Positions 23,653 through 33,904 of a DNA stretch of 62,485 nt are shown here, in pieces. Source of the stretch: Anaerolineae bacterium (GTDB taxonomy: Bacteria > Chloroflexota > Anaerolineae > JAADDB01); NCBI GenBank assembly GCA_015486845.1, contig WFQU01000032.1, forward strand, positions 1-62,485. The letters run 5' to 3'. The first letter of the stretch is position 1. The number at the start of each line of letters is the position of its first letter. The translations under genes were made by a program, and so were the position numbers. Below the pieces are notes generated by a model. The model did no database searches and was not told the DNA's origin. It saw nothing but the letters and a program-made list of their open reading frames with translations.

Positions 23653-25446
23653 ATGGCTAAAGGACGTTGCCGGCGCTGGTTTGTGGCGCTGATCATGTGG
23701 GTGCTCATACCATTGGTTGCTGCTGGCCTGTTTTTGTGCGGCTTCCAACACCAGTATGAGGGTCGTATCTATCCCGGCGTGATCGTTGGCGACCAGCCGG
23801 TTGGTGGCTTAACTGGGCAAGAAGTGCGTTCGCTTTTGCAGCGCACAGATGCCGGCCGGGTTATGCCGCCTTTGTTGCTGCAAGTTGGTCCTACTTTGTT
23901 GCCGCTCTCCATGGCCGAAATCGGTTATCAGGTGCAAGTAGACCGCTTGGCGCAACAAGCTATGATACAAGGGCGGCGGGGAAGTTTATGGCAACGGTTG
24001 AATGATTGGGCTAAACTGCTTTGGTACGGCAGAAAAGTACCCATCAAGGCGACTTACAACGACGGTGTCATTGCGTTAGTCATCGAGAAACTGGCGCAAC
24101 GCTACGCGCGGCCGGTCGTAGAGCCGCTGTTGATTCGGACAGCGACACACGTGACAACGTATCCGGGGCAAGACGGTGTGGAAATTAACCGCGCAGCCAG
24201 TATGGCCGCTGTCGAAAAAGCGTTGCAGTCTAACAACCGTGGCCCGGTGCCGGTACAAGTGCAAGTCATCAAGCCGCAAATGCCCAATTTATCCGCGCTG
24301 AACCGTAAGACTTTGATAAACTTGAACCGTCCTTTTTCCATTCACATCCGCGGCGTCGGTGATTTTGTTTGGGATAACGCTTTGCTGGCGGCTGCTTCGC
24401 ATATCGAAACGCGAGTTGGCCAAGACGGGCAGCCTATGGTACGCCAGCAGTGGGATAGCACATCACTCAAACAGCATTTGCAGAATTTGGCAGCAGCTAT
24501 TGATCTGCCGGCCCGCGATGCACGATTGGATTATAATCCCCAGACCAAGAAGTTTATCGTCATGCGTCCTAGTCAAGAGGGGCGTAAATTAGAGGTCGAT
24601 CGAGCTTTGCCTGTCCTCTTGGATGCGCTGCAACAAGGGAAAAGCGAAGTGACTTTGTCTGTCACGTCCCTCTCGCCGGCGGTGGATATGCATGCTTCCC
24701 CGGCCGATCTGGGCATTGTGACGTTAGTAGGTAAAGGAACGACCTATTTTGCTGGTTCCAGTGCGGCGCGAGTGCACAATTTAGTCAAAGTCGCCGAGTC
24801 GTTGCGGGGTAGTGTCATTCCGCCTAACGGCATTTTCTCGTTTACGAAATATGGCGAACCGGTGACCGCGGCCAATGGCTATGAGGATTCGTTGATTATT
24901 TGGGGCGATCGCACGGCAGTTGGCATTGGCGGCGGTGTTTGTCAGGTCTCGACGACTGTCTTCCGAGCTGCTTTCTTCTCAGGCATGCCCATTGTGGAAC
25001 GGCATAACCACGGCTACATCGTTGGTTGGTATGGCAAGCCGGGGTACGATGCGACTATTTATCTCCCCAATGTCGATTTCAAGTTCAAAAATGCGACCGG
25101 TCACTATTTGCTCTTACGGCCAGTTGTGAATACGCAGCGCGGTATTCTGACTATTGAACTGTACGGCACGAATCCCGGCTGGACGGTACAGGTTGATAAA
25201 GCAGTAACATCCAATGTCCAGCCGCCGCTAAAATCGCGCTATCAAGAGGACAAAACGTTGCCTAAAGGTAGCATTCGGCAAGTGGAATGGCCACAAAAAG
25301 GGATGACTGTGCAGGTACGGCGCATTGTGCGACAAGGTGATAAGGTGTTACGTGATACTACTATCACCAGTGTTTACCAGCCATGGGGCGCGCTGTATTT
25401 GTATGGGCCCGGCACGGCGGTGCCGGGTGCAGGCAAGAAACCTTGA
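23653..25446 (+). CDS. VanW family protein (membrane-anchored)
   Basis: N-terminal TM segment. VanW core GGGVCQVSTTVFRAAFFSGMPIVERHNHGY. Confidence 0.8.
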   Translation: MAKGRCRRWFVALIMWVLIPLVAAGLFLCGFQHQYEGRIYPGVIVGDQPVGGLTGQEVRSLLQRTDAGRVMPPLLLQVGPTLLPLSMAEIGYQVQVDRLAQQAMIQGRRGSLWQRLNDWAKLLWYGRKVPIKATYNDGVIALVIEKLAQRYARPVVEPLLIRTATHVTTYPGQDGVEINRAASMAAVEKALQSNNRGPVPVQVQVIKPQMPNLSALNRKTLINLNRPFSIHIRGVGDFVWDNALLAAASHIETRVGQDGQPMVRQQWDSTSLKQHLQNLAAAIDLPARDARLDYNPQTKKFIVMRPSQEGRKLEVDRALPVLLDALQQGKSEVTLSVTSLSPAVDMHASPADLGIVTLVGKGTTYFAGSSAARVHNLVKVAESLRGSVIPPNGIFSFTKYGEPVTAANGYEDSLIIWGDRTAVGIGGGVCQVSTTVFRAAFFSGMPIVERHNHGYIVGWYGKPGYDATIYLPNVDFKFKNATGHYLLLRPVVNTQRGILTIELYGTNPGWTVQVDKAVTSNVQPPLKSRYQEDKTLPKGSIRQVEWPQKGMTVQVRRIVRQGDKVLRDTTITSVYQPWGALYLYGPGTAVPGAGKKP

Positions 25447-25487
25447 TAGAGATCATGAATGTGGGGGAGTAAGAAGGAGGAGCGTGC

Positions 25488-26192
25488 TTGGCTAACGAGA
25501 CAGCAGCACAACAAAAGGCAGCGACTATTTATAAGCGACTGATGGATTATTATGGCCAGCCTACCTGGCGAGCGCACTACGAGCCACTGGACGAGCTGGT
25601 GCTCACCATTCTATCGCAGAACACCACAGACGTGAACAGTGAAAAGGCGTTCCGGCGGCTTAAAGTGGCTTTCCCGTCCTGGCAGGCGGTCATGGAAGCG
25701 CCGTTGTCGCTGTTGATGGAAACGATTCGCATTGCCGGCTTGGCTTACCAAAAAGCGCCACGCATTCAAGCTGCTTTGCACCGAATTTACGACCGGGAAG
25801 GCGAGTTCGACCTTTCATTTTTAGCAGACATGTCTACTGAGGAAGCGGAAGCGTGGCTAACAGCGGTACACGGTATTGGCCAGAAAACGGCTTCTATTGT
25901 GTTGCTCTTCTGTTTCGATAAGCCGACGTTTCCTGTGGATACCCATGTCCTGCGGATCAGCAAGCGTTTGGGTATAGTGCCGGGCCATGCGAATACGCTC
26001 TCAACACGCAAAACATGGGAAGCGTTGATTCCTTCGGCGTGGTATTACCCGTTGCATTTGAATATCATTCGCCACGGCCGGGAAACCTGTCGGGCGCGCC
26101 AGCCGCTTTGTGAACAATGTCCCCTCCTGGATGTTTGTCCTTTTGGCCAAGCCCGTGTTGAAGAAATAGTACCTGACACGCGGTACGGGTAG
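25488..26192 (+). CDS. endonuclease III-like HhH-GPD DNA glycosylase with a 4Fe-4S cluster loop
   Basis: HhH GIGQKTASIVL, VDTHVLRIS, and CRARQPLCEQCPLLDVC (C-x6-C-x2-C-x5-C). Confidence 0.8.
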   Translation: MANETAAQQKAATIYKRLMDYYGQPTWRAHYEPLDELVLTILSQNTTDVNSEKAFRRLKVAFPSWQAVMEAPLSLLMETIRIAGLAYQKAPRIQAALHRIYDREGEFDLSFLADMSTEEAEAWLTAVHGIGQKTASIVLLFCFDKPTFPVDTHVLRISKRLGIVPGHANTLSTRKTWEALIPSAWYYPLHLNIIRHGRETCRARQPLCEQCPLLDVCPFGQARVEEIVPDTRYG

Positions 26193-26288
26193 AATGCAAA
26201 CAGGGCTACGCCAATTTGCATTCTACCTGCGATCCATGTATGATAGCGTACGTTGTGACACGATGTTGTTGATGGGCTGTTCCTAAAA

Positions 26289-26328
26289 GCGCAGGCGGAA
26301 ACAAACGTGCCTGGGCTTTTTGTTTTTT
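26289..26328 (+). terminator. candidate rho-independent terminator
   Basis: Stem gcgcaggc/gcctgggc (1 mismatch) followed by tttttgtttttt. Confidence 0.45.
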
Positions 26329-26393
26329 ATGGCATGACAACAGTGGTGGGTGTCACGTAGCGATTTTTCAGTATTTGTGGAAGGAGTTTTTTG

Positions 26394-26603
26394 ATGGCAG
26401 AACGTGAACATGGTCGAGTGAAATGGTTTAATGGTAGAAAAGGGTTTGGCTTTATCGTCGTCGACGGCAAGCCGGATGTATTTGTGCACTACTCTGCAAT
26501 TGCCGGGGGTGGATTCCGAAGTTTGGAAGAAGGTGACGAAGTAGAATTCGATATCGTGCAAGGCGATAAGGGTTTGCAGGCCGCAGAGGTCGTCAAGCTC
26601 TAA
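26394..26603 (+). CDS. cold-shock protein (CspA family)
   Basis: RNP motifs KGFGFI and VFVHYS. SD AAGGAG lies 7 nt upstream of ATG 26394. Confidence 0.95.
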   Translation: MAEREHGRVKWFNGRKGFGFIVVDGKPDVFVHYSAIAGGGFRSLEEGDEVEFDIVQGDKGLQAAEVVKL

Positions 26604-26632
26604 CTGACTTTCTCATTTTGAAATGTTAATGC

Positions 26633-26663
26633 AAGCCTTGCTGCTGAGCGGCAAGGCTTTTCC
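26633..26663 (+). terminator. candidate terminator after the cold-shock gene
   Basis: 9 bp stem aagccttgc/gcaaggctt followed by a short T-run. Confidence 0.5.
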
Positions 26664-26664
26664 A

Positions 26665-27075
26665 TTATTATGCCGGCAATACGAAGACCCCTGTTATTAG
26701 ACTCGGTTCATACGATTGGCTACTCTGGAAATAAGACCTCTCCCCTGGCTTACCGCCTCTTTGGATGGTAAGCCTTTCCCTCCCCGATACGGGGAGGGGG
26801 AAAAGCTAGGTGCAGAGCGTCTAAAAAACCATGCCTCCTTTCAGAAGTTCAACTTCTTTAAGAAGTTGAACTTCTGATCGACGGCGTTCTCCGCCCGAGC
26901 GCACGGAGCTCAAAGCTCCGTGCTACGGCGCCAAGAAGCCCCCTGAAAGGGGGCTGGTGTTGAGTAGCCTCTGGGCAGCGGCGCTACCTTGACGTACTCC
27001 GCCGCCGCGCCGGCATTGAGGCTTTAGCCGGTGGTAGACCCACCAACCCACTTAAAGGCTTGACGCCAGTCGCAC
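26665..27075. repeat. mosaic repeat block R7: F6, F11, F7, F1 palindrome, F12, F2, F3, F4
   Basis: Module-by-module matches to blocks R1, R3, R5 and R12. Confidence 0.9.
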
Positions 27076-27104
27076 AATATTATAATAAGCCCCATTTGAG
27101 TATA

Positions 27105-27743
27105 TTAGTCCGCAGTGCGTCGCGGACCAGAATTTTTCCGGGAAAGCGATGCACTATCGCAAAAGAAGAAACGCCAAGGTGCCTGCAGAGCTTTGTTGTC
27201 TCCCCGTACGCCTATTCTCGGCGATGTGCAAATGTCATGAGGCGTAGTGCCATCACCGGCGGCAATGAATAGGTTGCCGGAAGATGTCAGATCTTGGCCG
27301 TTAAGCCGACGGTCAATGGCCAGCGCTTGGCAAAGTTTCCCAGGACCATTGCTAATTTGATGATCTTCCACACTACCACGCAAATTCCGCATAGCCTCTA
27401 TGCCTATTACTGGTTCAATGGCCCGGATCAAAATAGCGGCGGGATAGCCTTCTTCCTCTGTCACCACGTTCAAACAGTGATACATGCCATAAATGAGATA
27501 GACATAAGCATAACCGGGGGCGCCAAACATAACAGCATTGCGTGCTGTTTGACCGCGGGAAGCATGAGAGGCCGTATCATGAAGGCCAACATACGCTTCC
27601 ACTTCGACGATGCGCCCAGCTAATATCTGTCCTGCTAAACGTCTAACTAAGAATTGTCCTAATAATGAGGGCGCCACTATTAATGTATCTCGTCGAAAGA
27701 ATGCTTTTGGCAAAGGCAAAAATTCGATGGTACTTTTTTCCAT
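27105..27743 (-). CDS. mpg: DNA-3-methyladenine glycosylase (AAG/Mpg family)
   Basis: FFRRDTLIVAPSLLG, GRIVEVEAY, SHA and GYAYVYLIYGMYHCLNVV motifs. Start uncertain (ATG 27743 versus TTG 27788). Confidence 0.85.
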   Translation of the reverse strand: MEKSTIEFLPLPKAFFRRDTLIVAPSLLGQFLVRRLAGQILAGRIVEVEAYVGLHDTASHASRGQTARNAVMFGAPGYAYVYLIYGMYHCLNVVTEEEGYPAAILIRAIEPVIGIEAMRNLRGSVEDHQISNGPGKLCQALAIDRRLNGQDLTSSGNLFIAAGDGTTPHDICTSPRIGVRGDNKALQAPWRFFFCDSASLSRKNSGPRRTAD

Positions 27744-27802
27744 CGATTCAATATCGCTCCATTGGTGACTATTTAGCGCTCTCAACAATAGGACATAGAT
27801 AG

Positions 27803-27890
27803 TGCAGATAAATGCTGATACATGCTGATCTCCAATATATTACGCCGGTAATACGAAGACCGCAGCGGCTGAAAAATAGAACGCTGATCG
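27803..27890. repeat. short mosaic block R8 (M1/F6 variants)
   Basis: aatgctgatacatgctgatctccaatatattacgccggtaatacgaagacc, then gaaaaatagaacgctgatcg. Confidence 0.75.
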
Positions 27891-27985
27891 TTTGCTCTGG
27901 CTCGCGATTGAAGTTAGACTCATGGAACCTGCATTGTCATGCGCGTGCTGCTGGCATAACGTTGCCCGGCAGCACGTGACAGACG

Positions 27986-28300
27986 CTAAAAGATGCCTAA
28001 CTCGTCTTTGGCTTCGTCGCTTATCATGGCCGGTGTCCACATCGGCGTAAAGGCCAGGTTTACGTCGACGATATCCAGTTCAGGAAAAGCAATGTGGATA
28101 TACTTCTTCACGTCGGCGATAATAAGCGGGCCGATGGGGCAGGCTGGACTGGTTAGTGTCATGGTGACGCGAACTGTTTTTTTCTCTGGTAACAATTCCA
28201 AACCGTAAATTAATCCTAAGTCAACGATATTCATGTTTAATTCAGGATCCAGCACATTCTCTTTCAAAGCGCGGAGGACACTCTCTTTAGTCAGTGACAT
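27986..28300 (-). CDS. sufT: DUF59/SufT-like Fe-S cluster assembly protein
   Basis: 104 aa. VLDPELNMNIVDLGLIY and LTSPACP motif. Last gene of the suf cluster. Confidence 0.8.
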   Translation of the reverse strand: MSLTKESVLRALKENVLDPELNMNIVDLGLIYGLELLPEKKTVRVTMTLTSPACPIGPLIIADVKKYIHIAFPELDIVDVNLAFTPMWTPAMISDEAKDELGIF

Positions 28301-28376
28301 AATCTTCTTTCCCTATTATTAGCGTGATATGCTTGCGCATAAAAATGCGGCCGATCAATTTAAACAGATGTTTGTT

Positions 28377-28775
28377 TTACAGGTCGTCATCCTCGTCGTC
28401 GACCGAGCTTTCCAATCCCCAAACGCCGGCTTTTAAAGCTTTCAGCGGCAAGAGTGCACATTTTATGCGTACTGGCCCAATTTCGATGCCCAACAAATCT
28501 AAGATTTCTTTTTTCCCCCATGTTCGCAACTCGTCCAGGCTTTTGCCCTGAATATCCTCCATCATCATGGAAGTGGATGCCTGGCTGATGGAACAGCCGT
28601 GACCGGTAAATGCGGAATCTTTGACGATGCCGTCTTCGATCTTCAACTCGATCGTTATTTCGTCACCACAGGTTGGATTGACGTCGTGGTAGACAATATC
28701 GGGATTTTCTAAATGGCCGTAATGCCGTGGATGTTCATAATAGTCGATGATATTAGCCCTGAAGAAATCATCCAT
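28377..28775 (-). CDS. sufU: SufU-type Fe-S cluster scaffold / sulfur acceptor
   Basis: NPTCGD, GHGCSIS and RIKCALL cysteines. ATG 28775 gives the typical N-terminus; the longer ORF overlaps sufS. Confidence 0.85.
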   Translation of the reverse strand: MDDFFRANIIDYYEHPRHYGHLENPDIVYHDVNPTCGDEITIELKIEDGIVKDSAFTGHGCSISQASTSMMMEDIQGKSLDELRTWGKKEILDLLGIEIGPVRIKCALLPLKALKAGVWGLESSVDDEDDDL

Positions 28776-28804
28776 TGTTGGTTGTCTCCCTTTTCCCCTC
28801 TCCA

Positions 28805-30061
28805 TTAACGGCCAAAAAGCTTTTGGGCGCGTTGCAAGCTTTGTACTAAAAGGTCGATCTCGCTGGGCAAGTTGTAAAAGTAGAAACTTGCTCGTGTCGT
28901 CGCGTGAATATTTAGCCGGTCGTGTAACGGCTGGGCGCAATGGTATCCGGCGCGTACAGCGATACCGTCCTGGTCCAGAACCGCCGCGATGTCATGGGGA
29001 TGTAATCCATCCATGACGAAAGAGACCAAGCCGCCACGGTCGGCCGGCGGGGGACCGATCATGCGCAAGCCTTCTATATCCTGCAAAGCGGTCATGGCTG
29101 CTGTGATCATTTCCTGTTCGTAGTGGTGGATCGCTTCCATGCCGCCGATGCTGTTTAGATAATCCACAGCAGCGCCAAAGCCAATGGCCTCGGCAATGGC
29201 CGGCGTTCCCGCCTCGAATTTGTGCGGGATCTCGTTCCAAGTGGCGTGGTCCATCCACACAGAGAGAATCATATCGCCGCCGGTGAGGAATGGCGACATT
29301 TTGTTCAGCAATGCCGCCTTGCCGTACAGCGCGCCGATACCCGTGGGGCCACACATTTTGTGGGCAGAAAAGGCGAGAAAATCACAGTCTAATGCCCGCA
29401 CGTCTACCGGCATGTGCGAAACAGCCTGAGCGCCGTCTACTAACGTCAAAGCGCCCACCGCGTGTGCCTTTTCCACCAGCATTTTTACCGGCGGAATGGT
29501 GCCGAAAACATTGGACATGGCCGTGAATGCAAACAGCTTTGTTTTCTCCGTCAACAAATTATCCAGTGTGCTCAGGTCGAGATAGCCTTGTGGTGTAATA
29601 GGCACGTAGCGCAGCGTTGCGCCCGTGCGCCGGCATATTTGCTGCCAAGGCACAATATTGGCGTGATGTTCCATTTCGGTGATGAGCACTTCATCACCGG
29701 GGTGCAGATTATCGAGTCCCCAGCTATACGCCACCAAATTGATCGATTCCGTCGCGTTGCGGGTGAAAACGATCTCGCGTCTGCTCTTGGCGTGAATGAA
29801 CTTGGCTAACTTTTTGCGCGCTGCTTCGTAATCCGCCGTGGATTCCTCGCTGAGCGCATGGATGCCCCGATGGACATTGGAGTTTTCTTGGCGATAAAAG
29901 CGGTTCATTGCTTCTATCACGGCCGCAGGCTTTTGCGATGTAGCCGCGTTATCTAAATAAACCAAGGGTACGCCGTGTATTTTCCGTTCTAAAACTGGAA
30001 AATCCCGGCGCACGGCCTCGACATCAATGGGCGTTACGGTATTGACTTGTTTCCTATCCAC
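28805..30061 (-). CDS. sufS: cysteine desulfurase, SufS subfamily
   Basis: 418 aa. PLP-lysine SAHKMCGPTG and active-site loop RAGYHCAQP. Confidence 0.92.
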   Translation of the reverse strand: MDRKQVNTVTPIDVEAVRRDFPVLERKIHGVPLVYLDNAATSQKPAAVIEAMNRFYRQENSNVHRGIHALSEESTADYEAARKKLAKFIHAKSRREIVFTRNATESINLVAYSWGLDNLHPGDEVLITEMEHHANIVPWQQICRRTGATLRYVPITPQGYLDLSTLDNLLTEKTKLFAFTAMSNVFGTIPPVKMLVEKAHAVGALTLVDGAQAVSHMPVDVRALDCDFLAFSAHKMCGPTGIGALYGKAALLNKMSPFLTGGDMILSVWMDHATWNEIPHKFEAGTPAIAEAIGFGAAVDYLNSIGGMEAIHHYEQEMITAAMTALQDIEGLRMIGPPPADRGGLVSFVMDGLHPHDIAAVLDQDGIAVRAGYHCAQPLHDRLNIHATTRASFYFYNLPSEIDLLVQSLQRAQKLFGR

Positions 30062-30129
30062 TGCTGATCCTCCTTGGTGTAGGTTTGTGTGTACGTTCTA
30101 TGCGGGCATGATTATAGCATAAGACCGCG

Positions 30130-31416
30130 TTAAATGCCGAGCTTGTGCGTCACAATGCCTTCCAATTTGTCGCGCACAGATTCCACATCCACGCGATCAA
30201 TGACTTCTTCAAAAAAGCCATGCACGATCATGCGCAGCGCTTGTTGCCGGGTCAGTCCGCGAGCTTGCAAATAGAAAATGTATTCCTCTGGCACTTCGCT
30301 GACCGTGGCACCGTGGGAACAGCGTACATCATCGGCGTCGATCTCCAACGCGGGAATGGAATCAGCTCGGGTCGTTGGATCCAGCAGTAAATTTTTGTTG
30401 CTCTGATAGGCATCCGTTTTTTGGGCATCAGGCCATACTTTGATGCTGCCTTGGTAAACGGAGCGACCATGCTCACGCAGCGCGCCTTTGAAAAGCAGAT
30501 CGCTGCTGCACTGGGCGGAAATATGGTTCTGCAGCGTGTGATGGTCTACATGTTGGTGTCCCGTGGGGAAATACAGCCCCAATAGCTCGCTCTGCCCCCC
30601 GGGCTCTTCCAGTTCGACCTGTTTCCACAGCTTGCTCAGCCGGCTGCCCCAGGAAGAGATAAGAGCCTGATAACGGCTATCCCTTGTTTGAATTACCCGC
30701 TGTGTGCTGAAATTCCAGACCTGCGTGTCCCAATCCTGAATGTGCAAATAGTGCAACTGGCTGTTTGCTCCCAAATGTGCCTCGACGACGCCGTCATGAA
30801 AGCCGCTGTGACCGCCGCCGAACGCTTCTACTAAGGTGACCGCCGCCCCGGCTTCCGTGATAATCAGCGTGTGGTGGAACCCGGCTAAATCGGGGGCGCT
30901 TTGGTTCACCAAGGATTGCAACGGCAACGCAATTTCTACGCCGCGTGGCACGTAAAGGAACGTTCCTCCCCGTAGGAAGGCGTAATGTAGAGCGGTAAAC
31001 TTGTTCGTGCTGGGTACCACGATTTGCCCTAAATAGCGTTGCACTAATTGTGGCTGCTCCATGGCGGCCTGTATCAAATCGCTGAAGAGGACGCCCTGTT
31101 CCAGCAATGGCGCCGGTAAATTTTCTTGCAGCAGAATGCCATTGTCGTGGACTAAGAAGCCGTCGCTCTCCATTTCGTTCAATTGGCGCTGCCAGGTGTC
31201 TTGTTTCAGCTCGGTCTCATCGCTCCACGGCTGGAACTGATCCATCTGTAGGCCGGTTAGCCGGGTGCGTCGCCAAGTTTCTTCTCGATAGGTCGGCCAG
31301 CCGATTTTGTTGAAGCTGTCCCAGGCGGTCTGACGCAAATTGCGCAACCAATCTGGGTCGCTTAGCTTCTGGCTAATCTGCGCCACGGCTGCCGCGTTGA
31401 ATTTCTCGTCAGTCAT
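30130..31416 (-). CDS. sufD: Fe-S cluster assembly protein SufD
   Basis: SufBD fold, located between sufB and sufS. ATG 31416 avoids overlap with the sufB stop at 31460. Confidence 0.85.
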   Translation of the reverse strand: MTDEKFNAAAVAQISQKLSDPDWLRNLRQTAWDSFNKIGWPTYREETWRRTRLTGLQMDQFQPWSDETELKQDTWQRQLNEMESDGFLVHDNGILLQENLPAPLLEQGVLFSDLIQAAMEQPQLVQRYLGQIVVPSTNKFTALHYAFLRGGTFLYVPRGVEIALPLQSLVNQSAPDLAGFHHTLIITEAGAAVTLVEAFGGGHSGFHDGVVEAHLGANSQLHYLHIQDWDTQVWNFSTQRVIQTRDSRYQALISSWGSRLSKLWKQVELEEPGGQSELLGLYFPTGHQHVDHHTLQNHISAQCSSDLLFKGALREHGRSVYQGSIKVWPDAQKTDAYQSNKNLLLDPTTRADSIPALEIDADDVRCSHGATVSEVPEEYIFYLQARGLTRQQALRMIVHGFFEEVIDRVDVESVRDKLEGIVTHKLGI

Positions 31417-31459
31417 AATTTTAGCTATTGTCACTTCTCTACTCCTGAAGTTTTCATCT

Positions 31460-32884
31460 TTAACCCACACTGCCTTCCATCTGCAGCCGGATCAGTCGGT
31501 TCATTTCCACAGCGTATTCCATGGGTAACTCCCGTACCATTGGTTCGATAAATCCGGCTACGATCAACGAAGAGGCTTCTTCTTCGCTCAAGCCGCGACT
31601 CATCAAATAGAAAAGTTGTTCCTCGCTGATCTTGCTTACCGACGCTTCGTGGCCGATGTTGACGTCATTGGCTGCAATTTCGATATACGGGAATGTGTCC
31701 GAAGAAGAATGGTCGTCCAAAATGAGCGCGTCGCAAACCACGTTGCTGCGGGCTTTGTGCGCGTTCTTACCCACTTTGAGCAGGCCGCGGTAGGACGCCC
31801 GGCCGCCATTCTTGCTGATGGACTTGGAAATGATGCGGCTGGTGGTGTTAGGAGCGATGTGAATGACTTTGCCGCCAGCATCCTGGTGCTGGTTCGTGCT
31901 GGCAAAAGCCATGCTTAGTATTTCGCCGTGGGCACCTTCCCCGGCTAAAATCACCGCCGGATATTTCATGGTTACTTTAGATCCTAAGTTACCGTCTATC
32001 CATTCCATGGTGCCGCCTTCTGCTACGTGTGCCCGCTGGGTGACTAAGTTGTAGACGTTATTGGACCAGTTCTGGATGGTTGTGTAACGCACGCGGGCGT
32101 TTTTCTTGACGAATACCTCGATGACGCCGGTGTGTAGTGAGTCGCGTGAATAAACCGGTGCTGTGCACCCTTCAATGTAGTGCACATAACTGTCTTCATC
32201 GGCGATGATTATGGTGCGTTCGAATTGCCCCATGCTCTCGGCATTGATGCGGAAGTAGGCTTGTAACGGCACTTCCACGTGCACCCCCGGCGGAACGTAA
32301 ACGAAACTGCCACCGGACCAAAAGGCGCTATTTAAGGCCGCGAAAGTGTTATCGTTGGGCGGCACTAATGTGGCAAAATATTCCCGAAAAATATCTTCGT
32401 GCTCCCGCAGGCCGGTATCGCTATCCACGAAAATGATGCCTTGCTTGGCCCACTCTTCTTTGAGGTGATGGTAAATCGCCTCGGATTCGTATTGGGCGCC
32501 CACGCCGGCTAAAAACTTTCGCTCTGCTTCCGGCACGCCCAGCCGGTCGAACGTTTCCTTGATGTCAGCAGGCACATCTTCCCAGGAATGCTGTTGTTCT
32601 TCTATCGGTTTAATGTAATAGTAAATCTCTTCGAAGTCGATATTGCTCAGATCAGGGCCCCAGGTGGGCACTGGTTTCTGCAAGAAGGTGTCCAGCGCTT
32701 TTAGCCGGAAATCCAACATCCAGGCTGGCTCTCCTTTCATGCGGGATAAATCCCGAATGACCTCGGCCCGCAGCCCTTTTTGGGGCTTGTATACATAATG
32801 TTCCGGCATATGAAAGCCAACATCGTATTCCTCTTTCACACCGGATAATAGCTCGCGATCTTTTTCAGTCGCCATCCGTTTCAC
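31460..32884 (-). CDS. sufB: Fe-S cluster assembly protein SufB
   Basis: 474 aa with the highly conserved SufB C-terminal half. Confidence 0.92.
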   Translation of the reverse strand: MKRMATEKDRELLSGVKEEYDVGFHMPEHYVYKPQKGLRAEVIRDLSRMKGEPAWMLDFRLKALDTFLQKPVPTWGPDLSNIDFEEIYYYIKPIEEQQHSWEDVPADIKETFDRLGVPEAERKFLAGVGAQYESEAIYHHLKEEWAKQGIIFVDSDTGLREHEDIFREYFATLVPPNDNTFAALNSAFWSGGSFVYVPPGVHVEVPLQAYFRINAESMGQFERTIIIADEDSYVHYIEGCTAPVYSRDSLHTGVIEVFVKKNARVRYTTIQNWSNNVYNLVTQRAHVAEGGTMEWIDGNLGSKVTMKYPAVILAGEGAHGEILSMAFASTNQHQDAGGKVIHIAPNTTSRIISKSISKNGGRASYRGLLKVGKNAHKARSNVVCDALILDDHSSSDTFPYIEIAANDVNIGHEASVSKISEEQLFYLMSRGLSEEEASSLIVAGFIEPMVRELPMEYAVEMNRLIRLQMEGSVG

Positions 32885-32985
32885 TCCTTTTCATAACCAC
32901 GGATCGGCCTGTCGCGGCGCAAAAGCACGTACACAGTCGCACTGCCGGGACTTTTCTATGCCGGCCCTTGGCATTTGTATTATGA

Positions 32986-33774
32986 TCAACTAAATTGTTC
33001 GCGAACCCAATCGTACCCTTTGGCCTCTAATTTCTTGGCCAGTTCAGGCCCGCCGGAGAGCACGACCTGTCCGTTGAAAAAAACATGCACCATATCCGGC
33101 TTGATGTAATCCAGCAGACGTTGGTAATGCGTGATCACCAGCGCGCCCATGCTCGGCCCGATTAGTGTGTTAACGCCTTCCGCCACGATGCGCAGGGCAT
33201 CAATGTCCAATCCTGAATCTGTCTCATCCATGATGGCAAATTTCGGCTGTAACATGGCCATCTGCAAAATCTCGGCCCGTTTCTTCTCGCCGCCGCTGAA
33301 TCCATCGTTTAAATACCGGTTTGCAAAAGAGCGATCCACGCGTAATGTTTCCATTCGTTGCAACAATTCTTTGCGGAAGTCACGCATGGGCATTAGGTTG
33401 GAGCCAATAGTGCCTGCTTTGGCCTCTTGCTCTGTATAGCCGCGCATGTTGCTCACTGCCTGGCGCAGGAAATTGGCTAAGCTCACACCGGGAATGGCCA
33501 TGGGATACTGGAAAGCCAGAAAAATGCCAGCCCGGGCTCTTTCGTCGGTGGATCTGTCTAAAATACTCTCTCCGTTTAGTAAGACATCGCCGCCAGTGAT
33601 GGTGTAGCCCGGGTGTCCCATAATTACATAAGCTAACGTCGTTTTCCCTGAGCCGTTTGGTCCCATTAAGGCATGTATCTCGCCCTGTTTTACTGTGAGG
33701 TTCACACCACGTAGAATCTCTTGGCCATTTACCTCCGCATGTAAATCCTTAATTGTTAAAACACTACTTCTCAT
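32986..33774 (-). CDS. sufC: Fe-S cluster assembly ATPase SufC
   Basis: Walker [13 protein letters not shown] signature FSGGEKKR, Walker [12 protein letters not shown]. Confidence 0.92.
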   Translation of the reverse strand: MRSSVLTIKDLHAEVNGQEILRGVNLTVKQGEIHALMGPNGSGKTTLAYVIMGHPGYTITGGDVLLNGESILDRSTDERARAGIFLAFQYPMAIPGVSLANFLRQAVSNMRGYTEQEAKAGTIGSNLMPMRDFRKELLQRMETLRVDRSFANRYLNDGFSGGEKKRAEILQMAMLQPKFAIMDETDSGLDIDALRIVAEGVNTLIGPSMGALVITHYQRLLDYIKPDMVHVFFNGQVVLSGGPELAKKLEAKGYDWVREQFS

Positions 33775-33904
33775 TGTTCTGAAATTCTCCTTTCGCAAGT
33801 GCCTTGCTTAGCACTGCCTTTTTTCTTGAATGCTTTTTTATCTATTTGTCCTATCTATGATAACATCAGCGTAGCGTCGTCGGTCAGGCTGGTATTCGTT
33901 GGCC

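Noticed and set aside
26190-26225. An 11 bp perfect hairpin tagaatgcaaa/tttgcattcta that overlaps the endonuclease III stop codon
   Set aside because: No T-run follows, so it is not a canonical intrinsic terminator. A better candidate lies at 26289-26328. No other copy occurs in the window.
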